Below are positions 46,732-57,421 of a stretch of DNA of 64,000 nt, piece by piece. Source of the DNA: a virus; IMG/VR virus record IMGVR_UViG_3300024999_000055, positions 32,001 through 96,000 of that record; one strand, 5' to 3'. The stretch's first letter is position 1. Every line of letters begins with the position of its first letter. The notes beneath the pieces were generated by a model. The model did no database searches and had not been told where the DNA came from. It saw only the letters and a list, made by a program, of their open reading frames with translations. The position numbers and the translations under genes are program-made.

Positions 46732-47023
46732 ATTAACTAAAATTAACTCAAAATACAATATTAAGATTTATCAACTTTTTTATTAATTATTTACTACCAA
46801 CTACAAGCACCACATAATGATCCACGATCTATGCGACAACCGCATTTTGAGCATCTAGGACTACTGGATGAATTATAGGATGATCTAACTCCACCACAAA
46901 ATTCACCAATAGTTTGCCCACCATTGCGATGTACTTCTCGTCTATTTGCTTCATTAATCCTCCTTTTTTCTTCTTGAATTTTTCTCTCTACATCTTCAAA
47001 TAAACCCATAATTAATCTCTCCT

Positions 47024-47380
47024 TTAAATTAATTTTAATTTTTTTAATATAGGCATTATATTTTCTTTTTCTTGTGGATAATATTTTGTCATAGTTTCAT
47101 AAGCGTTTAATGGTTTATCTAGTTTTGTATATCTGGCACACTCCCAATCTATAATCATTTCTAAATAATTCTTCTTTCTTTTAGATTCTACATGATGTCT
47201 TGAGTATTTACGATGAATATTTCTAATTGTTTTCTTATTTAATGGTAATAAATATAGAATTAATTTATCAACATCATGTAAATATCCCGATATAGTATTT
47301 TTACCTAATAATTGTTTTTCTACTTTCAAAAATGCTTTTTTATGATTCCATGTGTAAAATATTAATTTTAAATTAAACAT
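47024..47380 (-). CDS. Short DUF5662-like protein
   Basis: NHKKA, HDVDK, HR..SRHH, EMIIDW. Confidence 0.6.
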   Translation of the reverse strand: MFNLKLIFYTWNHKKAFLKVEKQLLGKNTISGYLHDVDKLILYLLPLNKKTIRNIHRKYSRHHVESKRKKNYLEMIIDWECARYTKLDKPLNAYETMTKYYPQEKENIMPILKKLKLI

Positions 47381-47396
47381 TTTTATACTCCCACAT

Positions 47397-48836
47397 TTAA
47401 TTAATCTCTAATGCATTAAATCTTTTTGCTATCTCTTTAAAAGATGAATTATAAGCATTTATAAATCTTTCGTTATTATTTAAGTCATCTTCATTAAGAT
47501 ATTTTTTATTACGTCCATCATAATCATCACAAACTACTGGTTCAATAACACTCCTATCATATGAATTTTGTATAGTAATAGTTTTAATCATTCTTGGTTC
47601 ATTGTTTTCTTTCTCATATTCAAAAATTAGATTTAAATTATTTGATAATTCTATAGGGAATATAGTATTATATCTTCTGTTCCAATACTTATTATATCTT
47701 CTATTATTTAATTCCTGTATATTCTTTTTAATAATTTCTAAAATATACTTATATCTATCCATAATTTTATTATAATCCAATGTAAAATTTTCTTTTAACA
47801 TTTTAGATTCTATATTTATAGGATTAATTTTTTTAAAATCATCTTGTATTATTAAAGTATTCTTCATTTCAAATATAATTTCATCAATATCCTTTCCCCA
47901 ACATAATCCAACTACAGAAGTTATATCATCATTAGTAATGTCAATATTTTCTGGTACAGCAAATAAAATAGGATCTAATCTGCAATATAAATATTCTATT
48001 TGTTTTTGTTGTTTAAGAATAGTATTTTGTAATTGTTGGTTTTGTGATTCTAAATTCATTTGTACTTGTCTATTTCTATATTTTTCATTTATGAATTCTG
48101 TTTCTAATTTATTTAATTTGTTTGAAATTGAATTTATTTTATCACTTAATGTTTTTATATTTATATCAAATGATTGTGCTAGTGATTTTAAATTTTCATC
48201 ATTGGTTTTCGTTGCCATATATAAATTTTTCTGTGTAGGAATTATTAAATCTAATGTTTGAAATATATTTTCAAAGTAATCAGAATAATAAATACCTTTA
48301 ATTACATCACTTTTAATTTGTTCCCATACATTATAATAGTCTATAGGGCATAATAAATAACATTGATAATTGGTTGTTGTATCCTGTCTTAATAATTCAT
48401 TAAAATATTTATACCCTTTCTTTAATTCATATGAATTATCCTCTATATCAAATAGTTTATCAATTTCAGTATATTCAACAGGAATTATTACCATATTAAA
48501 AATATTTGCAAGCGTTCTATATTCAGATATTTTAACTTTGGGTAGATGATTTAATGCTGTTAAAATATCTGAATATTCTCCATCACAACTAGGAATCTTT
48601 TTTAATTTAGGAGGTAATCTTCTTTCCGTTATCCAACTATTTTTTCTTATTTCTAAACTTTCATTTTTTAATTTATTATTTATTTTATTTTTTAATTCTG
48701 GTGTTTCTCCTAGATATTCTAATGATTGTTTATATAAATCAATCACTTTTCCAAAATTGTTTATAATGTCATTATCTTTTTCTAATAACTTAACAGGTTT
48801 ATTTTCAAATTTAACTGCCTGTAATAAATTAGGCAT
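47397..48836 (-). CDS. Hypothetical coiled-coil protein
   Basis: 479 aa ORF, own promoter and RBS. Confidence 0.75.
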   Translation of the reverse strand: MPNLLQAVKFENKPVKLLEKDNDIINNFGKVIDLYKQSLEYLGETPELKNKINNKLKNESLEIRKNSWITERRLPPKLKKIPSCDGEYSDILTALNHLPKVKISEYRTLANIFNMVIIPVEYTEIDKLFDIEDNSYELKKGYKYFNELLRQDTTTNYQCYLLCPIDYYNVWEQIKSDVIKGIYYSDYFENIFQTLDLIIPTQKNLYMATKTNDENLKSLAQSFDINIKTLSDKINSISNKLNKLETEFINEKYRNRQVQMNLESQNQQLQNTILKQQKQIEYLYCRLDPILFAVPENIDITNDDITSVVGLCWGKDIDEIIFEMKNTLIIQDDFKKINPINIESKMLKENFTLDYNKIMDRYKYILEIIKKNIQELNNRRYNKYWNRRYNTIFPIELSNNLNLIFEYEKENNEPRMIKTITIQNSYDRSVIEPVVCDDYDGRNKKYLNEDDLNNNERFINAYNSSFKEIAKRFNALEIN

Positions 48837-48866
48837 TATATCGCCCTCCTTTTAATTGTTGTATTT

Positions 48867-48895
48867 ATTTTAACATTTTGTTGTTAGTTTGTCAA
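48867..48895 (-). promoter_or_regulatory. SigA-type promoter
   Basis: TTGACA-17 bp-TGtTAAAAT. Confidence 0.75.
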
Positions 48896-48908
48896 CTATT
48901 ATTTCTTA

Positions 48909-48982
48909 ACGAAATGCGTCTTTGGTAATGATATTTATACTACATATAGTATATTGTAATAATTATATACTATATGTAGTAT
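48909..48982. promoter_or_regulatory. Site A plus tandem NrdR-box-like pair
   Basis: ACGAAA-tgcgtc-TTTGGT; ATACTACATATAGTAT (48937) and ATACTATATGTAGTAT (48967). Confidence 0.7.
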
Positions 48983-49321
48983 TTATTCTATAATTCATTC
49001 AATGTATTTCTAACTCTTCTTACCAACCAAAACCATTTTTCTGTTTCATATTTTTGTCTAAGCAAATCATCAATATCAAACCAATAACTTTTAAAATTAC
49101 CACTATTCATAAATTTAATCATTGCTAAATATGCTTCACTCTCTGTTAATTCTTTGTTTTCAAATTGTTTATTAATAATTATTGCACTATTCATTACTAT
49201 TGGTGCTTTTCTAGCAACAATTTTTACTTTATCTCTTCTTGGCATAATAATCACCTCTTTAGGCAATTATATCACTTATTATTATATTTATCAATATATA
49301 TTTTTCTCATATGTATAATAT

Positions 49322-50047
49322 TTATATTACTATTTTATAATTCATTTTTAAATATAATTCATCTAATTCTTTTTTAAATCTATTTTCTAGATCCTGAACA
49401 CTTTCTTTTGCTCTAAATTGATTCCAAGACCTATTATCCATATCTTTAAGTTGTCCCCATAAATCAGGATAATATATGTATAAATTTCTTAATTCTCTTA
49501 AACTAGAGAAAGGACAACACCAACAACTTACTCTATTAAATTTAGTATATAGTCCACCCCAATCAAAACCTTTATCATAACAATATTTTAATGCTTCCCC
49601 TTCTGTCATTTTCCAATCAATTAATGGATATCTTTTAAATTGATTATCATCTACTCTATTTAATTCATCCATACCAATTCCTATATATTGAATATAACTA
49701 CCATTTCCATATTTTTTATTTAAATATGATTTTATTAAATCTCTTTTTAATACTGAAGTACACCATCTATTTTGACCTTGAGATGCCCATGCATATCCTT
49801 TTTGTCCTTTATTTTTACCTCTCGTTTTTTCATGATCAAACATCCAATAATCAAATGTCTTATTCTGAAGAATTGTAATTGGCATACTTGTATATTGTTT
49901 TATTTTTTCAATGTGTTCATAAAGTTGAGGAAACTCTTTTGTTGTATCTGCACAAACAATTTCGTCTATTCGCATATCTTTTTCCTTCATTAATAGGAAA
50001 AGTGCTGTTGAATCTTTCCCACCAGAAAAACTAACTATATGGTTCAA
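49322..50047 (-). CDS. PAPS reductase-family (PP-loop) protein
   Basis: SFSGGKDS, ADT..EFP, RWCT..LK, PLIDW, RVSCWCCP. Confidence 0.88.
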   Translation of the reverse strand: MNHIVSFSGGKDSTALFLLMKEKDMRIDEIVCADTTKEFPQLYEHIEKIKQYTSMPITILQNKTFDYWMFDHEKTRGKNKGQKGYAWASQGQNRWCTSVLKRDLIKSYLNKKYGNGSYIQYIGIGMDELNRVDDNQFKRYPLIDWKMTEGEALKYCYDKGFDWGGLYTKFNRVSCWCCPFSSLRELRNLYIYYPDLWGQLKDMDNRSWNQFRAKESVQDLENRFKKELDELYLKMNYKIVI

Positions 50048-50084
50048 ATAAATTAATCCTCCATTTATTATATTTTAAGTTGTG

Positions 50085-50159
50085 ATAAATTTTATGTTTT
50101 GTTGTGATTTTTATACTACATATAGTATTCACAATCTATATCTATATTATATGTAGTAT
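50085..50159. promoter_or_regulatory. Site A plus tandem NrdR-box-like pair
   Basis: ATAAAT-tttatg-TTTTGT; boxes at 50113 and 50144. Confidence 0.7.
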
Positions 50160-50178
50160 CGTAAAAACATTAAACCTA

Positions 50179-50625
50179 CTAAATCATTGACTCAATTTCT
50201 TCAATTGCTAAAGATACTTGTCTTTCGCTAGAGAGAAGAACATGAAGTTTACTTTCAAGTAATTTCAATTTCCTATCTTCTTCTTCATATTTCAAAATCT
50301 CTAATTTTAATTTAATATCCGTAATCCATTGATCAAATACATAACCGGAAATAACATATTCTTCATCTAGTCCCAAATCAACGGCAGATAATAAATATGA
50401 ATTTAATTTAACTAGTAAATGAGTTAAACCTTCTCTATTTAATACTTGTAAATTCAATCTTACTCCATCCAATTCAATACTACAATTTGTTAATGGTGAA
50501 AATTTCTTTTTAGTTTTTAAACCTTTCTTCTTCTCTGCAATCTGCGATTTTAACAACATAATCTTATCATCATTTGTCATTTGTTTTTCACTCATATTAT
50601 TTTCCCTCCGAATATAATTTTCCAT
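50179..50625 (-). CDS. Hypothetical helical protein
   Basis: ORF coupled to the upstream gene. Confidence 0.7.
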   Translation of the reverse strand: MENYIRRENNMSEKQMTNDDKIMLLKSQIAEKKKGLKTKKKFSPLTNCSIELDGVRLNLQVLNREGLTHLLVKLNSYLLSAVDLGLDEEYVISGYVFDQWITDIKLKLEILKYEEEDRKLKLLESKLHVLLSSERQVSLAIEEIESMI

Positions 50626-51691
50626 TTGTTAGATATGTGTTTTTATACATTGGTTTATATTTATTGTATATTTCCTCCAAAGTATACTCTACATATATTC
50701 TATTATTATTAAGAAAACCATAAGTGTTACCATCTCTAAGATAATATTTACCTGTATTATTATACATTTTTTCTACAGAAATATATCTTTTATCTGTATC
50801 ATAAAAATATGTCCCTCTATTTGTTGCCTTTTTACTAAATTCTTCAAAAGTATATTCTATATATTCATCCTTACTATCATCAACAGGAGAATAGTGTTCG
50901 TTACATTCAAGTTTATCAAATAATTCTGCGTAATTATCGACACATTCTGAAGATATAATTGATATAAATCTTTCTCCTAGACTTTTTAATGTTAATAAAC
51001 TAATCCATTTACTATTATATTTATCATTATCATCATACTTTCTGATAAAATAATGATGTTTGCCTTTGTTTATTTTATTCGTTACCCATTCATAATCATA
51101 ACGACTGTTTGATTTATATATTCTTTCATTTTTAGTATCATAATAATCAAATCTACCCATATAAATATATTCTTCATCTGATTTAGTTTTATATGTACCA
51201 CCTAATACTAAATCTTTTACTTTAACATAATTCTTCTCATGTAATATTTCATTATATTGGATGATTTCTTTATAGTCTGGTGAATCTATAGGCAATAATA
51301 ATAAATCCTTGCCTGAGTAAGCATAAAGAAATTGCCCTTCTAACCCTTTTCCTTTAATACTGTTATTATTTTCCAAAATATATAATAAATTCTCTATTGA
51401 TATTTCTATTTCAAAATTACGAGGATCGTATACTCTGCAATATGCATGTCTATAATTCCAATTACTCTGATAATCCCCAACTTTCTTATTTAATACAAAT
51501 CCTGATGTTGGCTCATTTACAAATTCTTGTGGTTCGATATTTTTATCGCGCCAGCCGTTCCAGGATTTTTCTTTACGCAATACATTTTTTTGATCATAAT
51601 AAATTACATATGCTAATTTTTGAGTATATGTATCAGAACGATTTTGATAACCTACTTTAATAGTTTTGGGAATGAAGATATTTGTTTTTAT
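50597..51691 (-). CDS. Hypothetical phage protein, ATA start
   Basis: 37-codon in-frame extension IKTNIFIPKTIKVGYQ...; GGAGG 8 nt before ATA. Confidence 0.7.
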   Translation of the reverse strand: MKTNIFIPKTIKVGYQNRSDTYTQKLAYVIYYDQKNVLRKEKSWNGWRDKNIEPQEFVNEPTSGFVLNKKVGDYQSNWNYRHAYCRVYDPRNFEIEISIENLLYILENNNSIKGKGLEGQFLYAYSGKDLLLLPIDSPDYKEIIQYNEILHEKNYVKVKDLVLGGTYKTKSDEEYIYMGRFDYYDTKNERIYKSNSRYDYEWVTNKINKGKHHYFIRKYDDNDKYNSKWISLLTLKSLGERFISIISSECVDNYAELFDKLECNEHYSPVDDSKDEYIEYTFEEFSKKATNRGTYFYDTDKRYISVEKMYNNTGKYYLRDGNTYGFLNNNRIYVEYTLEEIYNKYKPMYKNTYLTNGKLYSEGK

Positions 51692-51911
51692 AAGATTAAC
51701 CTCCTTTCTTATTTTTAAGAATTAATTATTTCATCAAATTTTTCACCGCAATTACTACAATATTTATTCATTGAACTTTGATTACTACTATTACAATTAG
51801 TACAATAATACACAGTTATCTTTTTCCCTTCAAAAGTATCATAACAACATTCTTCTTTAATTAGTATTTTTGCCATAATATGATTGCTCCTTTATTAATT
51901 TATTTTATTTA

Positions 51912-53153
51912 TCATTCTCCTGCCTTATAATTATAAATAGGTTTAATAATATCTAATATTTCAACAGTATTATTAATATTATTAATAATTTCTTCTATAG
52001 GTTTATAAGCCATAGGTGCTTCATCAAGCGTATGTGTACTTACAGAATTAGTAAAAATATCTTTCATAGATTCTTGATAATCTTCCATAGATATATTTTC
52101 TTTTGCCTTACTTCTACTCATTAATCTACCAGCACCATGAGGAGCAGAATAATTCCAATCTGCATTTCCTTTGCCTACAGCTAATATTGATCCATCACGC
52201 ATATTAATAGGAATTAAAACTTTTTCACCTTCATAAGCAGAAATAGCACCTTTACGAATAATATTATCTTTAAAATTAATGTAGTTATGAATTGTTTCAA
52301 ATATTTTAATATTATGATATTCTTTTGCAGTTATTTCTCCTATTTTTATAAGTTTTAATAAAATAATATCTGCTATGATATATCTATTTAAAGTAGCATA
52401 TTCTTGGCAAAGTTTCATATCATGTAAATATTTATCTCTCCATTCACCAGAAAGAAAACATAAATCTTTTGGATAAGATGGATGTAAATTATTATACCTT
52501 TTCTCTAATTCTTTTAATGCACTATGAATTTCATTTCTCTTTCCTTGTTGCTTATAATCAGCAATTAACTTTTCTTTTTGTTCATAAAAATCACTTTTGC
52601 CACTACATAAATCTATAGCAATGTTTTGATAATATTCTGCTACTTGTTTTCCTAAACTTCTACTTCCTGAGTGAATTACAAGATATAAATTATCATTGCT
52701 ATCTTTATTTACTTCAATAAAGTGATTTCCTCCACCAAGAGTACCTATACTTTTTTCTATTCTTTTTGTATCTTTAAGTGACCTATAGCAATGTAATTCT
52801 CTCATTTCATCAAAGTCAGATATTCTATTTTTATGTGTATTTCTTCCTAATGGGACAAATTCACGAATAATATCATCTAATTTTTGTAAATCAATATTTA
52901 CTTTTCCTAATTCAAAAACTCCCATACCACAACCGATATCTACCCCTACAATATTAGGAATTACTTTATCTCTTAAATCAGCAGTAAATCCTATTACACA
53001 GCCTGACCCATAATGACAATCTGGCATAATACGAATTTTACCACCTTCTACAAAAGGTTGATTACATAATTCAATTATCTGAGATATAGCAGTTTGTTCA
53101 ATATTATCAGTAAAAACTTTTGCAGTATTGTATTTTCCTTTTAATTCTAACAA
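51912..53153 (-). CDS. rtcB: RtcB RNA ligase
   Basis: MPDCH, GVDIGCG, GTLGGGNHFIE, HSGSR, HNY, RKGA, SAPHGAGR, DEAPMAYK; start moved to the TTG after GGAGG. Confidence 0.96.
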   Translation of the reverse strand: MLELKGKYNTAKVFTDNIEQTAISQIIELCNQPFVEGGKIRIMPDCHYGSGCVIGFTADLRDKVIPNIVGVDIGCGMGVFELGKVNIDLQKLDDIIREFVPLGRNTHKNRISDFDEMRELHCYRSLKDTKRIEKSIGTLGGGNHFIEVNKDSNDNLYLVIHSGSRSLGKQVAEYYQNIAIDLCSGKSDFYEQKEKLIADYKQQGKRNEIHSALKELEKRYNNLHPSYPKDLCFLSGEWRDKYLHDMKLCQEYATLNRYIIADIILLKLIKIGEITAKEYHNIKIFETIHNYINFKDNIIRKGAISAYEGEKVLIPINMRDGSILAVGKGNADWNYSAPHGAGRLMSRSKAKENISMEDYQESMKDIFTNSVSTHTLDEAPMAYKPIEEIINNINNTVEILDIIKPIYNYKAGE

Positions 53154-53180
53154 GTTTTCAACCTCCTTTATCTTAATGAC

Positions 53181-53209
53181 ATTATACAATTATTTTTATA
53201 TTGTGTCAA
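53181..53209 (-). promoter_or_regulatory. SigA-type promoter for rtcB
   Basis: TTGACA-17 bp-TATAAT. Confidence 0.8.
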
Positions 53210-53873
53210 TACCTAAAATCGTTACCAATCTAATTATTTGACATGATTTATTAATCCACTTTAATAAAATACTCAATACTAGATATTTCACTTCCTATAA
53301 TTGCAACATTCTTTTCTGCACAATCTATTAATTCAAAATGTGATAATTTAATTTCATTAGTTTGTTTAGGCATTATATTCATAATTAATTCCTCAAATTT
53401 AAGTTGTGTTTTAATCTTATATTCCTTACCGCTTTTCATGCAAATGATATAATCATACATAATATATTTTCTCCTTTTTTAACTATTTATAGAGTAATCT
53501 AACCTAACTTTTTTAACTTTATATTTATCCATACTATCTCTTTCTATCCATTCTCTTACATATTCATTTGCTTCTGCTCTGGTATCAAAAGTAATTGCTT
53601 CACTAATTAACTTATTAATTTCATATTCAGTTTTAAAATCATTCATAGATTCAATTCTTGAGTAATATCCATCTTGGGTTATATTATATATAACATAATA
53701 AATATATGTTTCTGCTATTTTCATATATTATCCTTTCTTAGATATTGTGTATGTATATTTAATATTATTTTTGAGTATAATCTTATTAGAGAAGTTGGTA
53801 GCAAGTTTAATATATAGTAATATTACCTCCTATGTTTTATTGCATATATTACACTACCAAATTCTCTTTTTGT

Positions 53874-54113
53874 TTATCTAAACTTATTCTTCAATTCTTT
53901 CTTATACAAATCCAATACTTCTTCTTGATTACTATCAATATAATCATAAATAATTTCTTCAATTTGAGATGAAAAATTAATTCGTTTAAGTTGATCTCTC
54001 ATTTCATCTTTAATTAATGATTTAATTTCATCATCTATGATAGAGTTTGCAATCTTATTAAATCTTTCAGCGATAGATTTTAAGATTATGTAATTTTCTG
54101 TTTGATTTTTTAT
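53874..54113 (-). CDS. Hypothetical protein, ATA start (missed by the ORF track)
   Basis: 79-codon frame, GGAG 9 nt before ATA, stop abuts site A at 53856. Confidence 0.6.
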   Translation of the reverse strand: MKNQTENYIILKSIAERFNKIANSIIDDEIKSLIKDEMRDQLKRINFSSQIEEIIYDYIDSNQEEVLDLYKKELKNKFR

Positions 54114-54880
54114 GGTTTCATTCTCCTTTATATTTATAATTTCTTCTCATATGAAATGGTCTACTATCTTCAGGATCATATGGATAACATTTTTCACATA
54201 TAATTGGCGTATTACTTTCATTTACAATACTTTTTATTAATTTATCTCCATATTTACATTCAGTACAATAAACATGTTCAAACATAATATTTATTTCTCC
54301 ACATTTAATATCTTGCATATATTAAATCTCCTTTATATTTTAATAAAATGTGTATGGTTATGATTTTATTCTATTACTTCAATTTTAACTTTCTTACCAT
54401 TTAATCTTCTGCATAACTCCCATATACTTATTCCATCTTTTCTTCCTAATAAAAACCATTGCCCTTCCATGTCATTATAAATTTCACCCTCATATGTAAT
54501 ATCAAGATATGGAATTATTAATTCATCTTCCACATATTTAATAAATATTTCTTTAGAATAATCTAAACCCCAATATGGGTCATCATAGTCAATTTTATGT
54601 CCATTATTTAGTATGCCATGTATACCAAATTGAATATTTTCACTAACCCATCCATTACAATTAGAAGGATAAATGGTAGCATAATATTCAGTAATAGTTA
54701 TAGAATATTTTTCTCTAATATATTCTATTGCTTTAGTTAAATTAATATTGATTATATCTTGCTTATTCATACATTCAATTTCATGTTGCACACAATTATA
54801 ATGATCTGTAAATTCTTTATCACATTTTTCACATTTATAAATTTCTTTTGGCATAATAATTTAGTCTCCTTTTTATTAAT

Positions 54881-54982
54881 ATGAAAGCAAAATTTGGCTC
54901 AAATATTACCAAAGATTCCTTTGATCATGATTTCTATACTATATGTAGTAGATATATGGTTTTGTATCACTACATATAGTAT
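54881..54982. promoter_or_regulatory. Two A sites plus tandem NrdR-box-like pair
   Basis: ATGAAA-gcaaaa-TTTGGC; ACCAAA-gattcc-TTTGATCATGAT; boxes at 54936 and 54967. Confidence 0.7.
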
Positions 54983-54991
54983 ATTATTAAC

Positions 54992-56692
54992 TTATCCTAC
55001 CTTATATATTTCTTTTTCATTAATAACTATAAATTTACCACCTTCTCGCAATAATTTACTATCTTCATTTACAATATTACATTCAAAGTCTTTATAAATA
55101 TTTTTTTCATAACTATAACCCTTAATACATCCATCGCTTGGTTTAAATATTATATTATTATAGAAACATAAATTTCCTAAATCGTTAGTGTATTTTATTG
55201 CTTCACTTTCATATATTACATTATTTTTGTTTAAAACATAAGTATTAAATAATCCTTTTTGATTTTCAGTAATAAATAACCATCTCTTAGTTACTATATC
55301 ATAATGCAAACCATAATTAATAATTTTATCAGTATTCATTAATGTGTAATTATATCCTGAAACATTAATGATTTTCATATTGTCATATATATTGCAAACA
55401 AAATATGTCTTATCATCAATAATTTCAAAAATATTATTAAAAGAAACTTTACTAATATTTTTATTATAGTTTCCATTTTCATTAATGGTTAATTCAACCA
55501 AACTATTACTTAAATTAATATAATATACTTTATTATCAATTATTCTTACATCACTTTTATTAATCTTCTCAAATGTAAAAATATTATTTGATGTTTTAAT
55601 CTGAATTTTATTATTAAATATTCCATAGATAATACTTCCATCATTAGAAAAATAATATCTATTCTTCTTATTTTTCACCTTATATTTTGATTTAATATGA
55701 ACGATATTATCATCATTATCTAAATATAAGTCTAAACTCAATATAGTTTTAATACTCTCATTTGTAAAATACAAAAATACTGGTATCCCATTACTACTTT
55801 CAATTTTAATAGGTTTATCTATTATCTTTGCTAAATTATTGCATATTGGACATTCCGTAAATTTACCATAGTAATATTCTTTATCTTTCTGACAATATTT
55901 TAAATTATTAAAATAGTCATCTAAACTATTATCTATGATAAATCTTTTTTTATTTTCAAATACCTCTTTTAATTCTTCTAACATTTTAGGTGACATATAA
56001 TTCCATTTATTTATTGTTTTAGGAATAGTAACTTTATTATTATCAATAACTGATATACCTTTATTCATACGTTCTAATATATTTATATCTGGAGTAATTG
56101 TTCCTCCAAATGGATGTATCCTAGTTAAAGATTTAAATATTAATATTCCAAAAGCATAATCATCTGTGTCAGAAGAAAAATTATTACTTGTTAATAACGG
56201 ATCTTTAAATGAATCCATACATACTAAACCTTTGTATTTATCTATAGTCCAACTATCACAATCAATAAAATATATATTAAAATATTTATCAAATAAAATA
56301 TTACAATCATTTAAGTCACTAATATATATATTTTGATTGTGTAATTTTATTAGAGTATCTTTAATATTAACCAACATTTTAAGTATATCTTTTGATTTAA
56401 TATTATTTGTTTGTAAATATTTCTTATTAGATAGTCTTTTAAATTCTTCACCTTCAACTTTATCCATTAAATATCCTACAAACTTACCTTTATTATAAAC
56501 AATATCATTAGGAATGATTACGTTATCAGGTAGTGTTTTAGACATTAATAACTTTACTTTTTCTAATTTTTCATTTTTATCAATATTACTTTTGTATATT
56601 TTAATAATCTGATTTTGATATTCATAAATTATTCCTTCTCCACCTTCGGCTAGTGGATTTTGTTTTAAGAACTTATCATCTACCTGAATCAT
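54992..56692 (-). CDS. Ser/Thr protein kinase with a beta-rich C-terminal domain
   Basis: AEGGEG Gly loop, IKIY, ISDLNDCNIL catalytic loop, FIDCDS, HPF. Confidence 0.88.
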   Translation of the reverse strand: MIQVDDKFLKQNPLAEGGEGIIYEYQNQIIKIYKSNIDKNEKLEKVKLLMSKTLPDNVIIPNDIVYNKGKFVGYLMDKVEGEEFKRLSNKKYLQTNNIKSKDILKMLVNIKDTLIKLHNQNIYISDLNDCNILFDKYFNIYFIDCDSWTIDKYKGLVCMDSFKDPLLTSNNFSSDTDDYAFGILIFKSLTRIHPFGGTITPDINILERMNKGISVIDNNKVTIPKTINKWNYMSPKMLEELKEVFENKKRFIIDNSLDDYFNNLKYCQKDKEYYYGKFTECPICNNLAKIIDKPIKIESSNGIPVFLYFTNESIKTILSLDLYLDNDDNIVHIKSKYKVKNKKNRYYFSNDGSIIYGIFNNKIQIKTSNNIFTFEKINKSDVRIIDNKVYYINLSNSLVELTINENGNYNKNISKVSFNNIFEIIDDKTYFVCNIYDNMKIINVSGYNYTLMNTDKIINYGLHYDIVTKRWLFITENQKGLFNTYVLNKNNVIYESEAIKYTNDLGNLCFYNNIIFKPSDGCIKGYSYEKNIYKDFECNIVNEDSKLLREGGKFIVINEKEIYKVG

Positions 56693-56703
56693 TTAATCAT
56701 CTC

Positions 56704-57348
56704 CTAAAATGCAATTGTAATATCATCTTTAAATAATTTATGTTCTCTATTTATTAATCTTTTAATAGCAAATTCTTTTCTGTTAATTAAACTTTTTTCA
56801 AATTCCTCTTTAAATTCACTATTTAAAATATATTGCAAACCATCTGAAGCAATACCTATAGATTTATACTCGTCTTTTTTATAATATCTTAAATCAAAAT
56901 TCACTCCATTTTTATAATCAGATAAATATTCTTCTGATATATAATTATAGGCATAATATTTAGGTTTATTATTTTGTTCTATTGTTTCATATTCTAAAAT
57001 ATCATCATATTTTTGTTTAATAATAATTCCGTCTCCACATGAATAAACAACAAAATGTTCTTCTAATTCTTCAACAAATAAAATAGTAAATAATAAGAAA
57101 TCCTTAATATTATTTGGTTTATTATTTATAATATTACTATTAAATATAACATTAAAAAAATCTTTTGTGCTAATAATAGGACATCCTAAATCTTCGTACA
57201 TGTGACAAAACAATTTAACTCCCACTTCTGAATGTAACCCTTCCGAACAACCATCTACAACACATTTAATGTTATTATGTATAAATCCATAATCTTGATT
57301 ATTTAAACCTTTTTCTAAATGACTATATCCTATTTTATTTATAAACAT
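56704..57348 (-). CDS. PP2C-like protein phosphatase
   Basis: GYSH..NNQD, VVDGCS, CGDG, ASDG, DDITI. Confidence 0.88.
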   Translation of the reverse strand: MFINKIGYSHLEKGLNNQDYGFIHNNIKCVVDGCSEGLHSEVGVKLFCHMYEDLGCPIISTKDFFNVIFNSNIINNKPNNIKDFLLFTILFVEELEEHFVVYSCGDGIIIKQKYDDILEYETIEQNNKPKYYAYNYISEEYLSDYKNGVNFDLRYYKKDEYKSIGIASDGLQYILNSEFKEEFEKSLINRKEFAIKRLINREHKLFKDDITIAF

Positions 57349-57366
57349 ATTATAATCTCCTTAATT

Positions 57367-57405
57367 TATACTAAGGTAAGAATTAATATATCTTACCTTA
57401 GTATA
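57367..57405. terminator. Perfect 15-bp intra-operon hairpin
   Basis: TATACTAAGGTAAGA-9 nt-TCTTACCTTAGTATA. Confidence 0.65.
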
Positions 57406-57421
57406 TTTATGTTTTTATTTA

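Noticed and set aside
53154-53189. ORF-track N-terminal extension of RtcB
   Set aside because: Overlaps the -10 box and RBS; the TTG at 53153 is better placed.
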